In this document: positions 10,975-22,266 of the stretch, one piece after another
Layout of the letters: every line of letters begins with the position of its first letter
How positions within the stretch are numbered: the first letter of the stretch is position 1
DNA from: Octopus bimaculoides
Lineage: Eukaryota
Direction: 5' to 3'
Assembly (NCBI RefSeq): GCF_001194135.2
Contig: NC_068985.1
Location: 119,874,625 to 119,918,166, forward strand
DNA length: 43,542 nt
Position numbers and translations under genes: made by a program
The notes under the pieces: generated by a model
What the model was told of the DNA's origin: nothing
What the model saw: only the letters and a program-made list of their open reading frames with translations
Databases searched by the model: none

Positions 10975-12225
10975 TTACAAATTTCATGGAGTAATTGACA
11001 ATATACAAATATAAACATGTAAAAAACATAGAAAACCATATAAAAATCATTAAAAATCACATATATATGCCTATGCACGCATACTCTGACATATAAAGAT
11101 ATACATCAATAAATAAACATAAATACATGAATATATATATGTACACATAAGTGTACATACATTAACCTCTATACATGCACACCAATGAGTCAATTGTTAT
11201 TGTTATTATACATAAGGACACATATATACTCACCCACACATCCATGCATACATATACACATATGTGTATATAAGCACTCCCATGCATACATGTTCCCAGG
11301 TACATAAGCTTTAGTTGCGGTTGGAAAGGAGGACTGGTGCATTGGTTCCTATGACTATATTTCCAGCAGTCCTCTTTATGATGGAGAAATTTAAATAAAA
11401 AGATATTTCTTGAGCATTGTTNNNNNNNNNNNNNNNNNNNNNNNNNNNNNNNNNNNNNNNNNNNNNNNNNNNNNNNNNNNNNNNNNNNNNNNNNNNNNNN
11501 NNNNNNNNNNNNNNNNNNNNNNNNNNNNNNNNNNNNNNNNNNNNNNNNNNNNNNNNNNNNNNNNNNNNNNNNNNNNNNNNNNNNNNNNNNNNNNNNNNNN
11601 NNNNNNNNNNNNNNNNNNNNNNNNNNNNNNNNNNNNNNNNNNNNNNNNNNNNNNNNNNNNNNNNNNNNNNNNNNNNNNNNNNNNNNNNNNNNNNNNNNNN
11701 NNNNNNNNNNNNNNNNNNNNNNNNNNNNNNNNNNNNNNNNNNNNNNNNNNNNNNNNNNNNNNNNNNNNNNNNNNNNNNNNNNNNNNNNNNNNNNNNNNNN
11801 NNNNNNNNNNNNNNNNNNNNNNNNNNNNNNNNNNNNNNNNNNNNNNNNNNNNNNNNNNNNNNNNNNNNNNNNNNNNNNNNNNNNNNNNNNNNNNNNNNNN
11901 NNNNNNNNNNNNNNNNNNNNNNNNNNNNNNNNNNNNNNNNNNNNNNNNNNNNNNNNNNNNNNNNNNNNNNNNNNNNNNNNNNNNNNNNNNNNNNNNNNNN
12001 NNNNNNNNNNNNNNNNNNNNNNNNNNNNNNNNNNNNNNNNNNNNNNNNNNNNNNNNNNNNNNNNNNNNNNNNNNNNNNNNNNNNNNNNNNNNNNNNNNNN
12101 NNNNNNNNNNNNNNNNNNNNNNNNNNNNNNNNNNNNNNNNNNNNNNNNNNNNNNNNNNNNNNNNNNNNNNNNNNNNNNNNNNNNNNNNNNNNNNNNNNNN
12201 NNNNNNNNNNNNNNNNNNNNNNNNN

Positions 12226-12273
<48 letters not shown>

Positions 12274-12311
12274 ATGTATGTATGTGTGTGTGTATGTATG
12301 CATGTATACAT

Positions 12312-12518
12312 TTGTGTTTGTGTTTGTTGCCCATCCATCGCTTGACAACTGATGTTAGTGTGTTTACATACCCGTAACATAGCGGTTCGGCAAAAGTAAC
12401 CGACAGAATACGTACGAAGCTTATAAAGAATAAGTCCTGGGGTTGATGTGTTCCACTAGAAGCGCTGCTCCAGCATGGCTGCAGTCAAATGATTGAAACA
12501 GATAAAAGAATAAAAGAA
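12312..12518 (+). mobile_element. SINE family A, 3' half (5' half probably in the gap)
   Basis: CATCGCTTGACAAC...GCGGTTCGGCAAAAG...AAGAATAAGTCCTGGGG...CTCCAGCATGGCTGCAGTCAAATGATTGAAAC, with an ATAAAAGA tail. Confidence 0.85.
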
Positions 12519-12537
12519 GAGAAGATTTATATTTATC

Positions 12538-12655
12538 GAGTTTGTCTTTCATCCTTTCGGGGTCGATATATTAAATACCACTGGGAGCGATATATTCGGC
12601 TGAATAACCCCCACCCCAAAATTGCTGCCCTTATGCTAAAGTTTAATACTTTTTC
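12538..12655 (+). mobile_element. SINE family B, core plus 3' fragment
   Basis: TTTGTCTTTCATCCTTTCGGGGTCGATA matches the reverse complement of 30279-30306. Confidence 0.75.
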
Positions 12656-13111
12656 TTTAATGATTTAACTCACATTTCTAGTTTCTTCATTCAATGCGTA
12701 TGCTTATGAAAATCTCTCTCTTTATGCTACTATAAATACTTCAGACACTTCTGTTAGTCTTGTTGGGGTCTGAAATGTCTGCTATGTATTGTAATGTCGA
12801 TTATATTCATGTAGTCATCTTCTGTTCATTTATTAATGAATAGTGGGTTTAGTGTTTACCCATTTGTTAATAATTGACAAATGAATAAAATATTATCTAA
12901 AACTACCAATTAATTGGTGGCTGTTAGTGAACTTTAAAGATGTGCTAGTTATCATTGGACTGTAACGAGATCTGCTTTTACACATGAACAAATTATTAAA
13001 ATATGAAGTATATGCACTCAAGGCACACAAAGTTGTATTCGGCCATTCAGTGGCAGTTGTGCGTGATAAACATAAAACTATTGATTTTAATCATGATAGT
13101 TATGATTTTAT

Positions 13112-13304
13112 ATTTTAGAACAAGGCCAGAAATTCTGGGGTAGAGTGTTGTCGATTATATCGACTTCAATATCTGATTGATACTTCATTTTATCGACCCT
13201 GAAATCATGAAAGACAGTATTTGAATTCAGAACGGAAAGAGGGAGAAGATATGGCGCTAAAAGTTTTGTTCAGCACGCTAACGATTCTGCTACCTCGTTA
13301 CCTT
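13112..13304 (-). mobile_element. SINE family B, diverged copy 1 of a head-to-tail trio
   Basis: CAAGGCCAGAAATT...GTCGATTATATCGAC...TTTATCGACCCTGAAA...CACGCTAACGATTCTGC. Confidence 0.7.
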
Positions 13305-13314
13305 TAATGGTAAT

Positions 13315-13531
13315 TATTTCTAATCTAGGCATAAGGCTTGAGATATTTTTGGGAGAAAGGTAAGTTGATTACATCGATCACACTGCTAAACTGGTATATA
13401 TTTCATCGTCTCCCAAAGAATGAAAAGCCAAGTTGACTTCAGCACAATGTTAATTCAGAACGTAAAAACGGATGAAATGCTGTTAAGCAGCTTGTCCGGC
13501 GTGCTGACGATTCTCTCACCTCGCCATCTTT
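13315..13531 (-). mobile_element. SINE family B, diverged copy 2 of the trio
   Basis: CTAGGCATAAGGC...TCAGAACGTAAAAACGGATGAAATGC...CCGGCGTGCTGACGATTCT...CTCGCCATCTT. Confidence 0.75.
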
Positions 13532-13547
13532 GAAAGATAATAATAAT

Positions 13548-13763
13548 CTTTCTGTTGTAGGCACAAGACCTGAAACCTTTGGAGGAGAGGACTTGTTGAT
13601 TGCACCAGATCAAGTGCTCCACTGGTACTTATTTTTATCGTTCCCCAAAAGGATGAAAAGAAAAATCGAACTCTGTGGGATTTAAACTCAGAACGAAAAG
13701 ACGGAGGAAATGCGACAAAACATTTTCTGAAGCCAGCTAACGAATTTTCCAGCTTGCCACCTT
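13548..13763 (-). mobile_element. SINE family B, diverged copy 3 of the trio
   Basis: GTAGGCACAAGACCTGAAA...CTGGTACTTATTTTTATCG...AAAGGATGAAAAG...AAACTCAGAACG...CCAGCTTGCCACCTT. Confidence 0.75.
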
Positions 13764-14016
13764 AATTATTTCGACAATAGATCGTTTCCATCATGGGATA
13801 TAAACAACAATAACAACAACAACAACGACAACGAGGACGTTACTGCTTCCATTCGATGAATATCGATGAATTGACCAGTTATGGCTGGTATTGAAATATT
13901 TGAAAACCGGACCGTTTGAGCTCTAAACACACATGTCTTTGGCATTGCAACTAAATGGTTGGAGCCTACTAAATACAAATATATTGGATACAGGCAGCAT
14001 CTATGATCGGCCATAA

Positions 14017-14123
14017 CTGATGCAACTCTATCGGCCAAACCTGATGCAACTCTATCGGCCAAACCTGATGCAACTCTATCGGCCAAACCTGATGCAACTC
14101 TATCGGCCAAACCTGATGCAACT
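14017..14123. repeat. 24-bp minisatellite, about 4.4 identical copies (CTGATGCAACTCTATCGGCCAAAC)
   Basis: Units start at 14017, 14041, 14065 and 14089, with a partial unit at 14113. There are no spacers. Confidence 0.97.
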
Positions 14124-15129
14124 ATCAAATATTGTAAGCACATGTAAATATGTACACATACTCGCACATACATATACACGTATAAACTATATAAAAGAGT
14201 TTGCAAGGTATATCTAATAGGGAATATCGATTAGCTCATAGTAATTATTTTGTAGGGAGACGGAATATACATTTTTTTATCAATTAGTTGCATTGCTAAA
14301 TCTTTTTGTAGATACTTAATATAAAGGTTGATGAGTGCTCAGCCAGTTATTACCGGTGAATTATTAGGATTCTAATGAATGGGATATAATTTGCTTTTGA
14401 CTGGGTATAGGCTGTAATAACGGTTACTCTAAACTACTGAATTACTCGAGGTCCCTTTCTCGAACGAAACCGGAAACTATTTTCAATTGTAATTGAATTA
14501 GTCAGGAATATTATTGAACACTGTAAAATTGAACATGGCAGGAACATATTGGAATTCTTTATTAGATTTTTAAAAATGATAATTTAATTATAATACAACA
14601 AATTATATTGCATTACAAACCTATAGAACAAATAATGGTCGTAAATATCTTTTGAAATGTACTTTTCTTTTACATGACTCTGCTTTTTAGTTTATCTTTT
14701 GGAAACATTTTCAAAGACAATTTAACGTTTTGATTTCATTTTCGGTTGAAATTTTGATTTCTATACCATAGTGAGGTTAGGAAACACTACGGACAGCAAA
14801 AAAACTAACATACATTAATCCTTATTTACTTAATAGTAATAATGAATTTTGTTCTTGACAATCTGAGTTGTGGTTTCTTTTCTGGGTAATGTGAACTAAT
14901 GCTTTATTACTTAGCTACCAACTGCTTTTGTAACTGGTAAGATTATCGCGGGTTCATGTTTTCCAATTTGGTGTCAGCTGTGTACGTAATAATCCTCATT
15001 TATCAAAACCAGTAGCGGTACATACAACCTTCTCATCAACAATTAGTATTTGTTTCAATGTTTGGGCTTTGCTATACGTTATACGAATTTTACCCAAGTC
15101 TCGAACAGAAATGTTGAGCAACAACAAAG

Positions 15130-15370
15130 TTTTGTTTCATCTAAAGATGCCAATAGGTGAGGTGATGTGTAATAGAAAACACTGGTGTCTGTGGGAGAGG
15201 GAACAAACAGAATGAATGAAGTTGCATTTTACATAGAGAGGAATTTACGTAGAGTATGTAAAGTGCTCATGCATATGGCCTTTTGTAATTCATTTATTCC
15301 GGCACTGCCAGGGATCTGGTCTACAAATTTGTTGGCTCTAATGCCAAACACAAAGACTACGTTGTAAGGG
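15130..15370 (+). pseudogene. Apurinic-like endonuclease (APE) remnant of a LINE
   Basis: Translation gives P.GEV..N.KH..LW and GEGTNRMNEVAFYIERNL, resembling the RW.G.GE...WSG...GVAF block of RTE/CR1-type APE domains, followed by a SAHA (SAYAP-like) motif. It is frameshifted. Confidence 0.45.
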
Positions 15371-15399
15371 GTAGATCTCATATGCTAAAATAAGAAGGA

Positions 15400-15778
15400 G
15401 CAAGTGATTAAGGCGCGACGTGGCATGTCACAATTCAGTCTTGTACAAATCAGTATGGGTGCATTCTGCGCGGTTTCAAGCAATCTTCCAGTCGGGCAAT
15501 GCGATCGGTGGGATTCTAGTTTAGCAATATAAAAACAAATCTAGTTATGGGTAAGAGCGTCGACGAGGATAAACTAGCTGGTCTGTTTCGGGCGACATTC
15601 GGGCCTGATACTACCATGGTCAACTTCCAGAAATCCTTGCCATGGCAGTGCTACCAAGGAGCACTGCCGGTTCGAGATAAATCTACTGGCACGCAAGCGC
15701 TGTAGTTTTTCGAATAAACCGATTAAGGCAGTACCCCAGCATGGCCGCAGTCTAATGACAACCACATAAAAGATAAAA
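15400..15778 (+). mobile_element. Unclassified GC-richer repeat ending in the same 3' tail as SINE family A
   Basis: Ends AAGGCAGTACCCCAGCATGGCCGCAGTCTAATGAC...TAAAAGATAAAAAA and contains a 9-bp perfect stem-loop at 15644-15668. Confidence 0.55.
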
Positions 15779-16101
15779 AATATTTTTGCGAAAGAAGGAT
15801 GGAAATGCCGCTGTGTACTCATTGTTCGATTTGGTGTAAATGACGAAAAGTAAGGAATTTTAATTTAAGTCGTGATGTAAACAGCAATCTCAGGAAAAAG
15901 GAGTCATTAAAGTTAATACACAAGTGTCAATTGGAAAACAGCTCGTGTTAAGTGATATTTATCACTTAAAAAATATAACCTAGTGATCTTTATCAATTAG
16001 TTGAGTTGGCTTTATTCTCAATATTTTCCCTATATTGCAGGTTCAGAAACAGAATTCTGTTGGCTTCAAAACAACAACAACAACAACAACACCACCACCA
16101 C

Positions 16102-16132
<31 letters not shown>

Positions 16133-16491
16133 AATAATAATAATAATAATAATAAAATCATTATTTTTCAATACTCACCTGTATCTGTTGGCGTGATTAA
16201 AATTGTGAAATGGGCAGAATTTCAGAATTGATCGTAGAACAATACAAGTGGAAATTTACTGTTCAATTTCGATCGTAATAGAAACCAGCCCCTGTTTTTA
16301 TTCCTCTAGAGAAGCAAGCTACTCGAATCTATTTAATATTAACTGATGTTGATAATAATGTGGGTTGGAAATGACACACACTGCGTAACAGCCGCTGAAT
16401 CATCTCTTGTTCTGTTAGAATTAGCTGCCAGCTTCCTCTCATGCCACATCCTAACGAAGGATACAGTGGCTGATGTAGTACTAGACTAGAT

Positions 16492-16656
16492 AGGCACAGG
16501 CGTCGCTGTGTGGTTAAGAATGTTGCCTCACAAACATGTAGTCTTGGGTAAAGTGTCACTTCGTAGCAACTTGGGCAAGTGTCTTCTACTAGAGCCCCAG
16601 GCCGACCAAAAGCTTGTGAGTGGATTTGGCAGACCGAAACTGAAAGAAGCCCGTCG

Positions 16657-16657
<1 letters not shown>
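16492..16657 (+). mobile_element. SINE family A, 5' half
   Basis: AGGCACAGG..TCGCTGTGTGGTTAAG head followed by TTGGGCAAGTGTCTTCTACTA...GAAACTGAAAGAAGCCCGTCG, then (TA)n(TG)n. Confidence 0.85.
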
Positions 16658-16723
<66 letters not shown>

Positions 16724-16780
16724 NNNNNNNNNNNNATATATATATATATACATATATGCACACACTCACACACACCCGTA

Positions 16781-17234
16781 TTCGAGGTACGTTCATAGAG
16801 TATCAGTCTTTATTTTGTCCCGCCCAAACTAATGCTGCGTGAACAAAATCCTTTGTGTGGAATGAAACGCCACTCTGCCAGCACAGTCCCGAAAATTTTC
16901 GCGCAGGAACGCCGCGTCACTTTCCGGTTGTTTCGTCGAGAGTAAAAACATATAGTGCACACTTATTGAATTATCATTTCTACTGACGCATCGAGCAGAT
17001 ACACTGCATCAAGTTGTGCCAAAAGCTTCGTGATACTCAAACTGAAACCAGATTCTGCTGGATTTTGGTGATGACGCTATGGACAAAGCCCACATCAAGG
17101 AATGATACAGCCGTTTCAGACATGGCTATATCTTAGATGAGACTGAAGCACGTTCAGGCAGGCCACCTCGAAGGCGAATCTAGGAGCCGATTGTGGATGT
17201 TCATCGAATAGTCATGGAAGAACGTCATGTAATT
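16781..17234 (+). mobile_element. Mariner 5' fragment (TIR-like start plus HTH region of the transposase)
   Basis: TA|TTCGAGGTACGTTCATAGAGT resembles the mariner TACGAGG terminus. 16990-17234 encodes EQIHCIKLCQKL.DTQTET / FGDDAMDKAHIKE*YSRFRHG...EARSGRP with a frameshift and stops. Confidence 0.8.
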
Positions 17235-17630
17235 CATTTATTGAACTACCATTCGCTCGTTGAATTAGTGTGTAATGACTGAGTACTCCACAGACATGTA
17301 TACTCCTTACGTAATTCCCAGGCATGATTAATAATATGATTTGCAACTTCGAATTACATGTGCAATTCATCTGATAGGCTTTCGCATAGTTTCTCCTCTA
17401 ACCAGTTTCACAGAAAAGATTGTGGTCGATTCGCGGATATGGTATAAGACATTTGTCATGCTACGTTTATCTATGTTATGTTTGCTAAATAGTACGTACA
17501 ATTTAATATATTTACATCTTCATAATTAGCCACCACACACCGGGATATATACTGAATCATCGTAAGAGCGGTATTTACTATAATATCATATATGAAACCT
17601 CTAAAAATGTTAATAACGATAAACGATAAA

Positions 17631-17898
17631 CGCCCTTTCAAAGCCGGCTCATGGGCCCGGTTTCCAGGTTTCTATGGCGTATGCGTTCCCCCAGGTGGAC
17701 GGGACGCCAGTCCATCGCAGCGTTACTCAAGAAACAGGAAGAAAGAGAGAAAGTTGGGGCGAAAGGGGTCGCCACCCCACCCCCTGCCGAACCTCATGGA
17801 GTTTAGGTGTTTTCGCTCAATAAACACTCACAACACCCGGTCTGGGAATCGCAAACGGCGATCCTCCGACCGCGAGTCCACTGGGCCATTGCGCCTCC
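17631..17898 (-). mobile_element. tRNA-derived SINE, family C (head with internal deletion)
   Basis: Minus strand GGAGGCGCAATGGCCCAGTGG (A box), then ACTCGCGGTCGGAGGATCGCCGTTTGCGATTCC (degenerate B box); the 3' strand of the D arm is missing. The 3' part CTGCGATGGACTGGCGTCCCGTCC...GAAACCGGGCCCATGAGCC resembles L2/V-SINE-type tails from memory. Confidence 0.8.
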
Positions 17899-19018
17899 AT
17901 AAAAAAAAAGAAAAAAAAGTTAATAAGAAAATGTATTTTAGGGAAATGAAAACTAACACAATGCTCTCAGTATGATAACATTAACAAATCAAGACTGTAC
18001 TCGTATCGAAGAAAAGAAAGTATTGCTGAACATTGCTTCAGTCAACTAAACTATGTCAAGAGCGACAGCTCAAAGTGAAACAGAAATGAAGTGAAAGAAT
18101 GAAGTGAAAATGAATGAATGGAGACATATTTCTTTTTTATTAAGCCTCCTCATAGTCATTCACGCGCCTGCCAAATCAACGGAGAGGAAACAATATATGT
18201 TTATATGACCTTCATGCAAAATAAATATTTAAGTAATTGCTGGCTAAAAGACTTGATTCGGACGACGCCGGGCAAGTCAGCACATTTGAAAATGGTTACA
18301 GCATTGCTACTTTCTGTATTTTATCGATATATTAGAAATAAAATACAAACAAAGAATCAGTTGAATAAATGCCAATTATCTCTTTTAATTTAATTCCATT
18401 CGGCTTAAAACATTTCAATGAGTTCCTCTCTAAATGATTATTATCTAAATTCTCATTTGGCAATGCCTTTAGTTTTCCAACAGCAATTAGCGAACACAAC
18501 ACGCTATTTTCAAATGTGCAAACTAATTATTACGAACTAAATATATTACAATAATGGTATCCTCTCTCACATTTTTTATAAATATTTGTATATTTTTCTC
18601 TCTTTCCTTTTATCCCCTCTTTCTCTCTCTCTGTCTTTTCTCTCTCAACTTCTCAATCTTTATGTTCGAGTGTCATATTACTATCATTAGACTTGGAACA
18701 AAGCCGAATTCATGTTATGGTCTATAGAATTATATTTGTACAAACATATCTTATTGACAATCGATACATAGTACTAGAAATTCGCCTTGACAGTTTTCAA
18801 ACACACACTCTATGGAGAAGGAACTAAATGCCCTAAATAGTTAGTCCAGCACTGTATTATATCTTTTAATTTCTACCTTACCAAATCGCCGACGTAATTC
18901 TGTGTCCTTTTCTGCATATTTTCTTATTCTTCAAATTTACGCAGTATCCATTTTCTCTATATGAGCGTGTGATCAGAAAAAAGAAATGTCTGTTTCCAAG
19001 TCGTTGCAATATAGCTTA

Positions 19019-19078
<60 letters not shown>

Positions 19079-19435
19079 ACACACACACACACACAAATTA
19101 ATAANNNNNNNNNNACACACAAATTAATAAATAGCTAAAAATAAGGAATAATGATTAGTTTTCGATAAATAACACGCTGAAGATTAAAAAACTAAAGAAG
19201 CGTTCATTCTCAATGCCGATTTCGGTACTAACTGAATGCTAAATATATTACATTAAAAATATACGCCTGACGGTCGGTTTGTAGGAAACCCTGAGCTTGG
19301 ATGATACAATATACAAAGACACAGAAAGAGGCAAAAGCACATACGCACGCACAGTGTGTATGTGTATATACAAACACCACTCACACGGTCACAAATACAC
19401 ACACACATATAATACATAGGAATCGTTCATATATG

Positions 19436-19505
<70 letters not shown>

Positions 19506-20329
19506 TCGGCATATCCACAAACACAGCCATATACACACACACAGACCACATATATTTATAACACGTATTGGCGTGTTAGTTGCACTGAGGTATTAACAAG
19601 AAAACACATGTGCTCATTTATATTCACACCAGTGTTTTGGTTATATCTTACAATTCATTCGCTGTTCAATCTAATGTTTGTTTTCATGAACAGTTGTTCA
19701 TGTTTGTAAAATTAAATAACACAGCATGGAGTTTTCTACAGCATTACTTTTGCGAGCAACAATGCGCAAAACTCAGCGTTTAGAGAAGAACAAATAAAAT
19801 ATACAACACAACTGCATGTAACACGCTTGTGATGCTTTTACATTTTCCAAACGTATATCAAGAGGGAGGGATTCAAATTGTAACTACAGCCTGATTAGCT
19901 GTACTCCTAAAAAAAAAAATATCTACATAGTTGTTTAATTAAATTAAGGATTTCCCCCCCTTTCTTGCTGAAGAATGTTTCCATACACTTAATTAAAACC
20001 TTAAACAATATTAAAAATTTTCCACAAATTTAATTTCGATCTAAATAAATTTTTAACCACTACAAGAATTATATGATTAAGAATAAAAATGTAAAATAGT
20101 AGGAAAGAGTAAAAGTTTGTTAATATATTAATATAATCATATCCGTCATCCGCAAGCAAGTATAACCTGATGCCATGGACCTTGCTTTCGCTAATTATTT
20201 TAGATATGTAGTTGTGATCAGACGTAAATACCATTTCATCAACCAGCCTTTGACCCAGCGAGACGTTCAGAATGTGATGAGTGTGTGTGTGTGTGTGTAT
20301 GTGTGTGTGTGTGTATGTGTGTGTGTGTA

Positions 20330-20360
<31 letters not shown>

Positions 20361-20582
20361 TTGTGTGTGTTTGTGTGTGTATGTGTGTGTATAGACGTCA
20401 CTACAGTGACAAAAGAGCACTAATCAGCACCAATGTTGCTAGAAATAAGAGCCAAAACACCTCAATAACTACGGAAAACACTATCTTAATGATTGACAAG
20501 CTAGGGCCCTTTGTCACTTAGGTGACGTCTATTTTTCTGCCTTTATGTTGTAAAATTGCGAATAAGCCACCCATATAATTTA

Positions 20583-20685
20583 TGTTGGTGTTGTTGAAAT
20601 TCTAATGAAGCCACCTTGGATCTAGTTTAGAAACCGGATCTTGCTCTATTGGCAAGAAATCTTGATAAAATAACTGAATAATGAC
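20583..20685 (+). mobile_element. Solo 3'-terminal fragment of the element at 21055-21478
   Basis: Matches 21380-21478 (TGTTGGTGT.GTTGAAATTCTAATGAAG..ACCTT.GATCTAGTTTAGAAAC.GG...GGCAAGAAATCTTGA) and is followed by a degenerate CATACATGCATA tail. Confidence 0.85.
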
Positions 20686-21054
20686 CCACATACATGCATA
20701 ATACACACATATATAGCTCTATATATTATTATGCATAACGTATATACACCACTGACAGGCAAGATGATGCAGTTTTCTTCCGAGATAAGATAATTCTGTC
20801 TTATAAACAGAACATATATTGGACAGGGATGAAAAATCGTTCTGGCATCGGCTAGCAAGAACGACAGGTGCATTTTGGTCTTGAATTGAAACGTTTCATT
20901 CCATTCGACGAGTACTCTTATAGTTTAAATATGCTAAATTTCATGCAAAAATCCCTTATCGACTTAGTAAGAATCAAATGCCGAATTTGAGATCTTAATG
21001 CCTAAGGACAGAAAGTGTTAGCCATAACTGAACAACACACACACACACACACTC

Positions 21055-21478
21055 AGCTAAAGGATTACAAGTTCAGGTTAATACCTGTAATTCTTGGCGC
21101 ACTTGGGTATGTAACGCACTCATTAAGTACTAGTCTGGAGAAAGTGGGCTTCTCAAAACCAGAAAGGAGAAATTTGATCGCAAGACTACAGATTCAAGCC
21201 ATCACTGGAAGTGTAAAAATATGTAAAGTGTTCCAGAAGTTTACCATTTATGTATATATGCGCATGTCCCAACGTGCAACTATATGCATGAGAATACATA
21301 CATAAAACAAAATATGCAAATCTGCATATAGACTGATTCCAAATACTGCACATATACACACATACATGCAAAAATACCTTGTTGGTGTCGTTGAAATTCT
21401 AATGAAGGCACCTTAGATCTAGTTTAGAAACTGGCTCTTGTTCTACTGGCAAGAAATCTTGAAATAAAACTAAATGAC
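21055..21478 (+). mobile_element. 5'-truncated restriction-endonuclease-type (R4/CRE-like) non-LTR element with (TACA)n tail
   Basis: QLKDYKFRLIPVILGALGYVTHSL...LQIQAITGSVKICKVF parallels the P.V.GALG...LQK..LLGT..I end of the 7014 element. It begins directly after (CA)n and ends in (TACA)n. Confidence 0.75.
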
Positions 21479-21578
21479 ATGCATACATACATACATACAT
21501 ACATACATACCTACATACACACATACACACATACATACATACATACATACATACATACACACATACATACATACATAC
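21479..21578. repeat. (CATA)n microsatellite shared by two tail-to-tail retroelements
   Basis: Direct reading. Confidence 0.95.
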
Positions 21579-22068
21579 AGTAGTTGCTTTCTCGTATACG
21601 AACAAGGCCATTGCCAGAAAGAATCATTGAAATGAGTCATTGATGATGCAATGTGAGGCAATTGCATGACTCTTGAGTCCGACCACGGATTTGTACACTC
21701 TATTGCATAAAACATAGCTGTGCTGGTTGAAAGAGAGAACAGGTTCCACAGTATGAAATCTTTTGTCATGCCTTTTCAATCCTCGAACTGAAAGGCAGAC
21801 CTTTCCACAGGTTGCACACGTTCAGTTGTGTACAATAGCCATATCACAATTTGCAAGGGGTCGATTCCTGTGAGTTCTCTGATGGCTGATCAGGCCAGCA
21901 CGACTCAAGCATTTCCTTCCACAAAACTCACACAAAAAGCAACACTCGCTCACTTCCCACAGGTTCATTTTTATAAGCCTTCTCTTGTTTCTCTTGTGCT
22001 TCATTCCTTCTCTTCCAAACTTCGAACAGCCACTGTGCACTCTATTCCTCGATCCATTTCGGTCTTGC

Positions 22069-22158
<90 letters not shown>

Positions 22159-22266
22159 ATCAACATCTGAAACTGCCATCTGTGTCAGAGCAATCTTGAG
22201 GCAGTCCTTGAACCACATTTTCGGTTTATGTGCGGGCCTCCTGCCATTTTCCAGCTCACCATACAT
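21579..22266 (-). mobile_element. 5'-truncated RTE (BovB-like) LINE C-terminus with three C2H2 zinc fingers, interrupted by (GA)n
   Basis: YGELENGRR...KPKMWFKDCLK...W[ER]n..QDR..R..V..G...F; then CEFCGRKCLSRAGLISHQRTH; a single TGA at 21822-21824; then in the same frame CATCGKVCLSVRGLKRHDKRFH and YVLCNRVYKSVVGLKSHAIASH. The tail is (TATG)n. Confidence 0.88.

Noticed and set aside
11325-11380. Imperfect hairpin GAGGACTG/CAGTCCTC as a pre-miRNA
   Set aside because: Only about 8-11 bp pair and the inner region is largely unpaired.
14017-14123. CRISPR-like array
   Set aside because: Units are contiguous with no spacers, there are no cas genes, and the context is eukaryotic.
14305-14945. Possible micro-exons (14310-14353 ILNIKVDECSASYY; 14913-14934 LPTAFVT)
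   Set aside because: Splice-like motifs of this strength are frequent in AT-rich DNA and there is no supporting context; coordinates are approximate.
18255-18285. Helitron-like 3' end (CGGACGACGCCGGGCAAGTCAGC)
   Set aside because: The terminal CTAG is absent, the hairpin is weak and no 5' TC end could be assigned.
19085-19131. Direct repeat ACACACAAATTAATAA on both sides of a 10-N gap
   Set aside because: Typical unmerged contig overlap, so an assembly artefact.
20100-20280. Protein-like minus-strand stretch LGQRLVDEMVFTSDHNY...LLADDGYDY
   Set aside because: No start or acceptor except the microsatellite; no family recognised; LADD alone is insufficient for an RT call.
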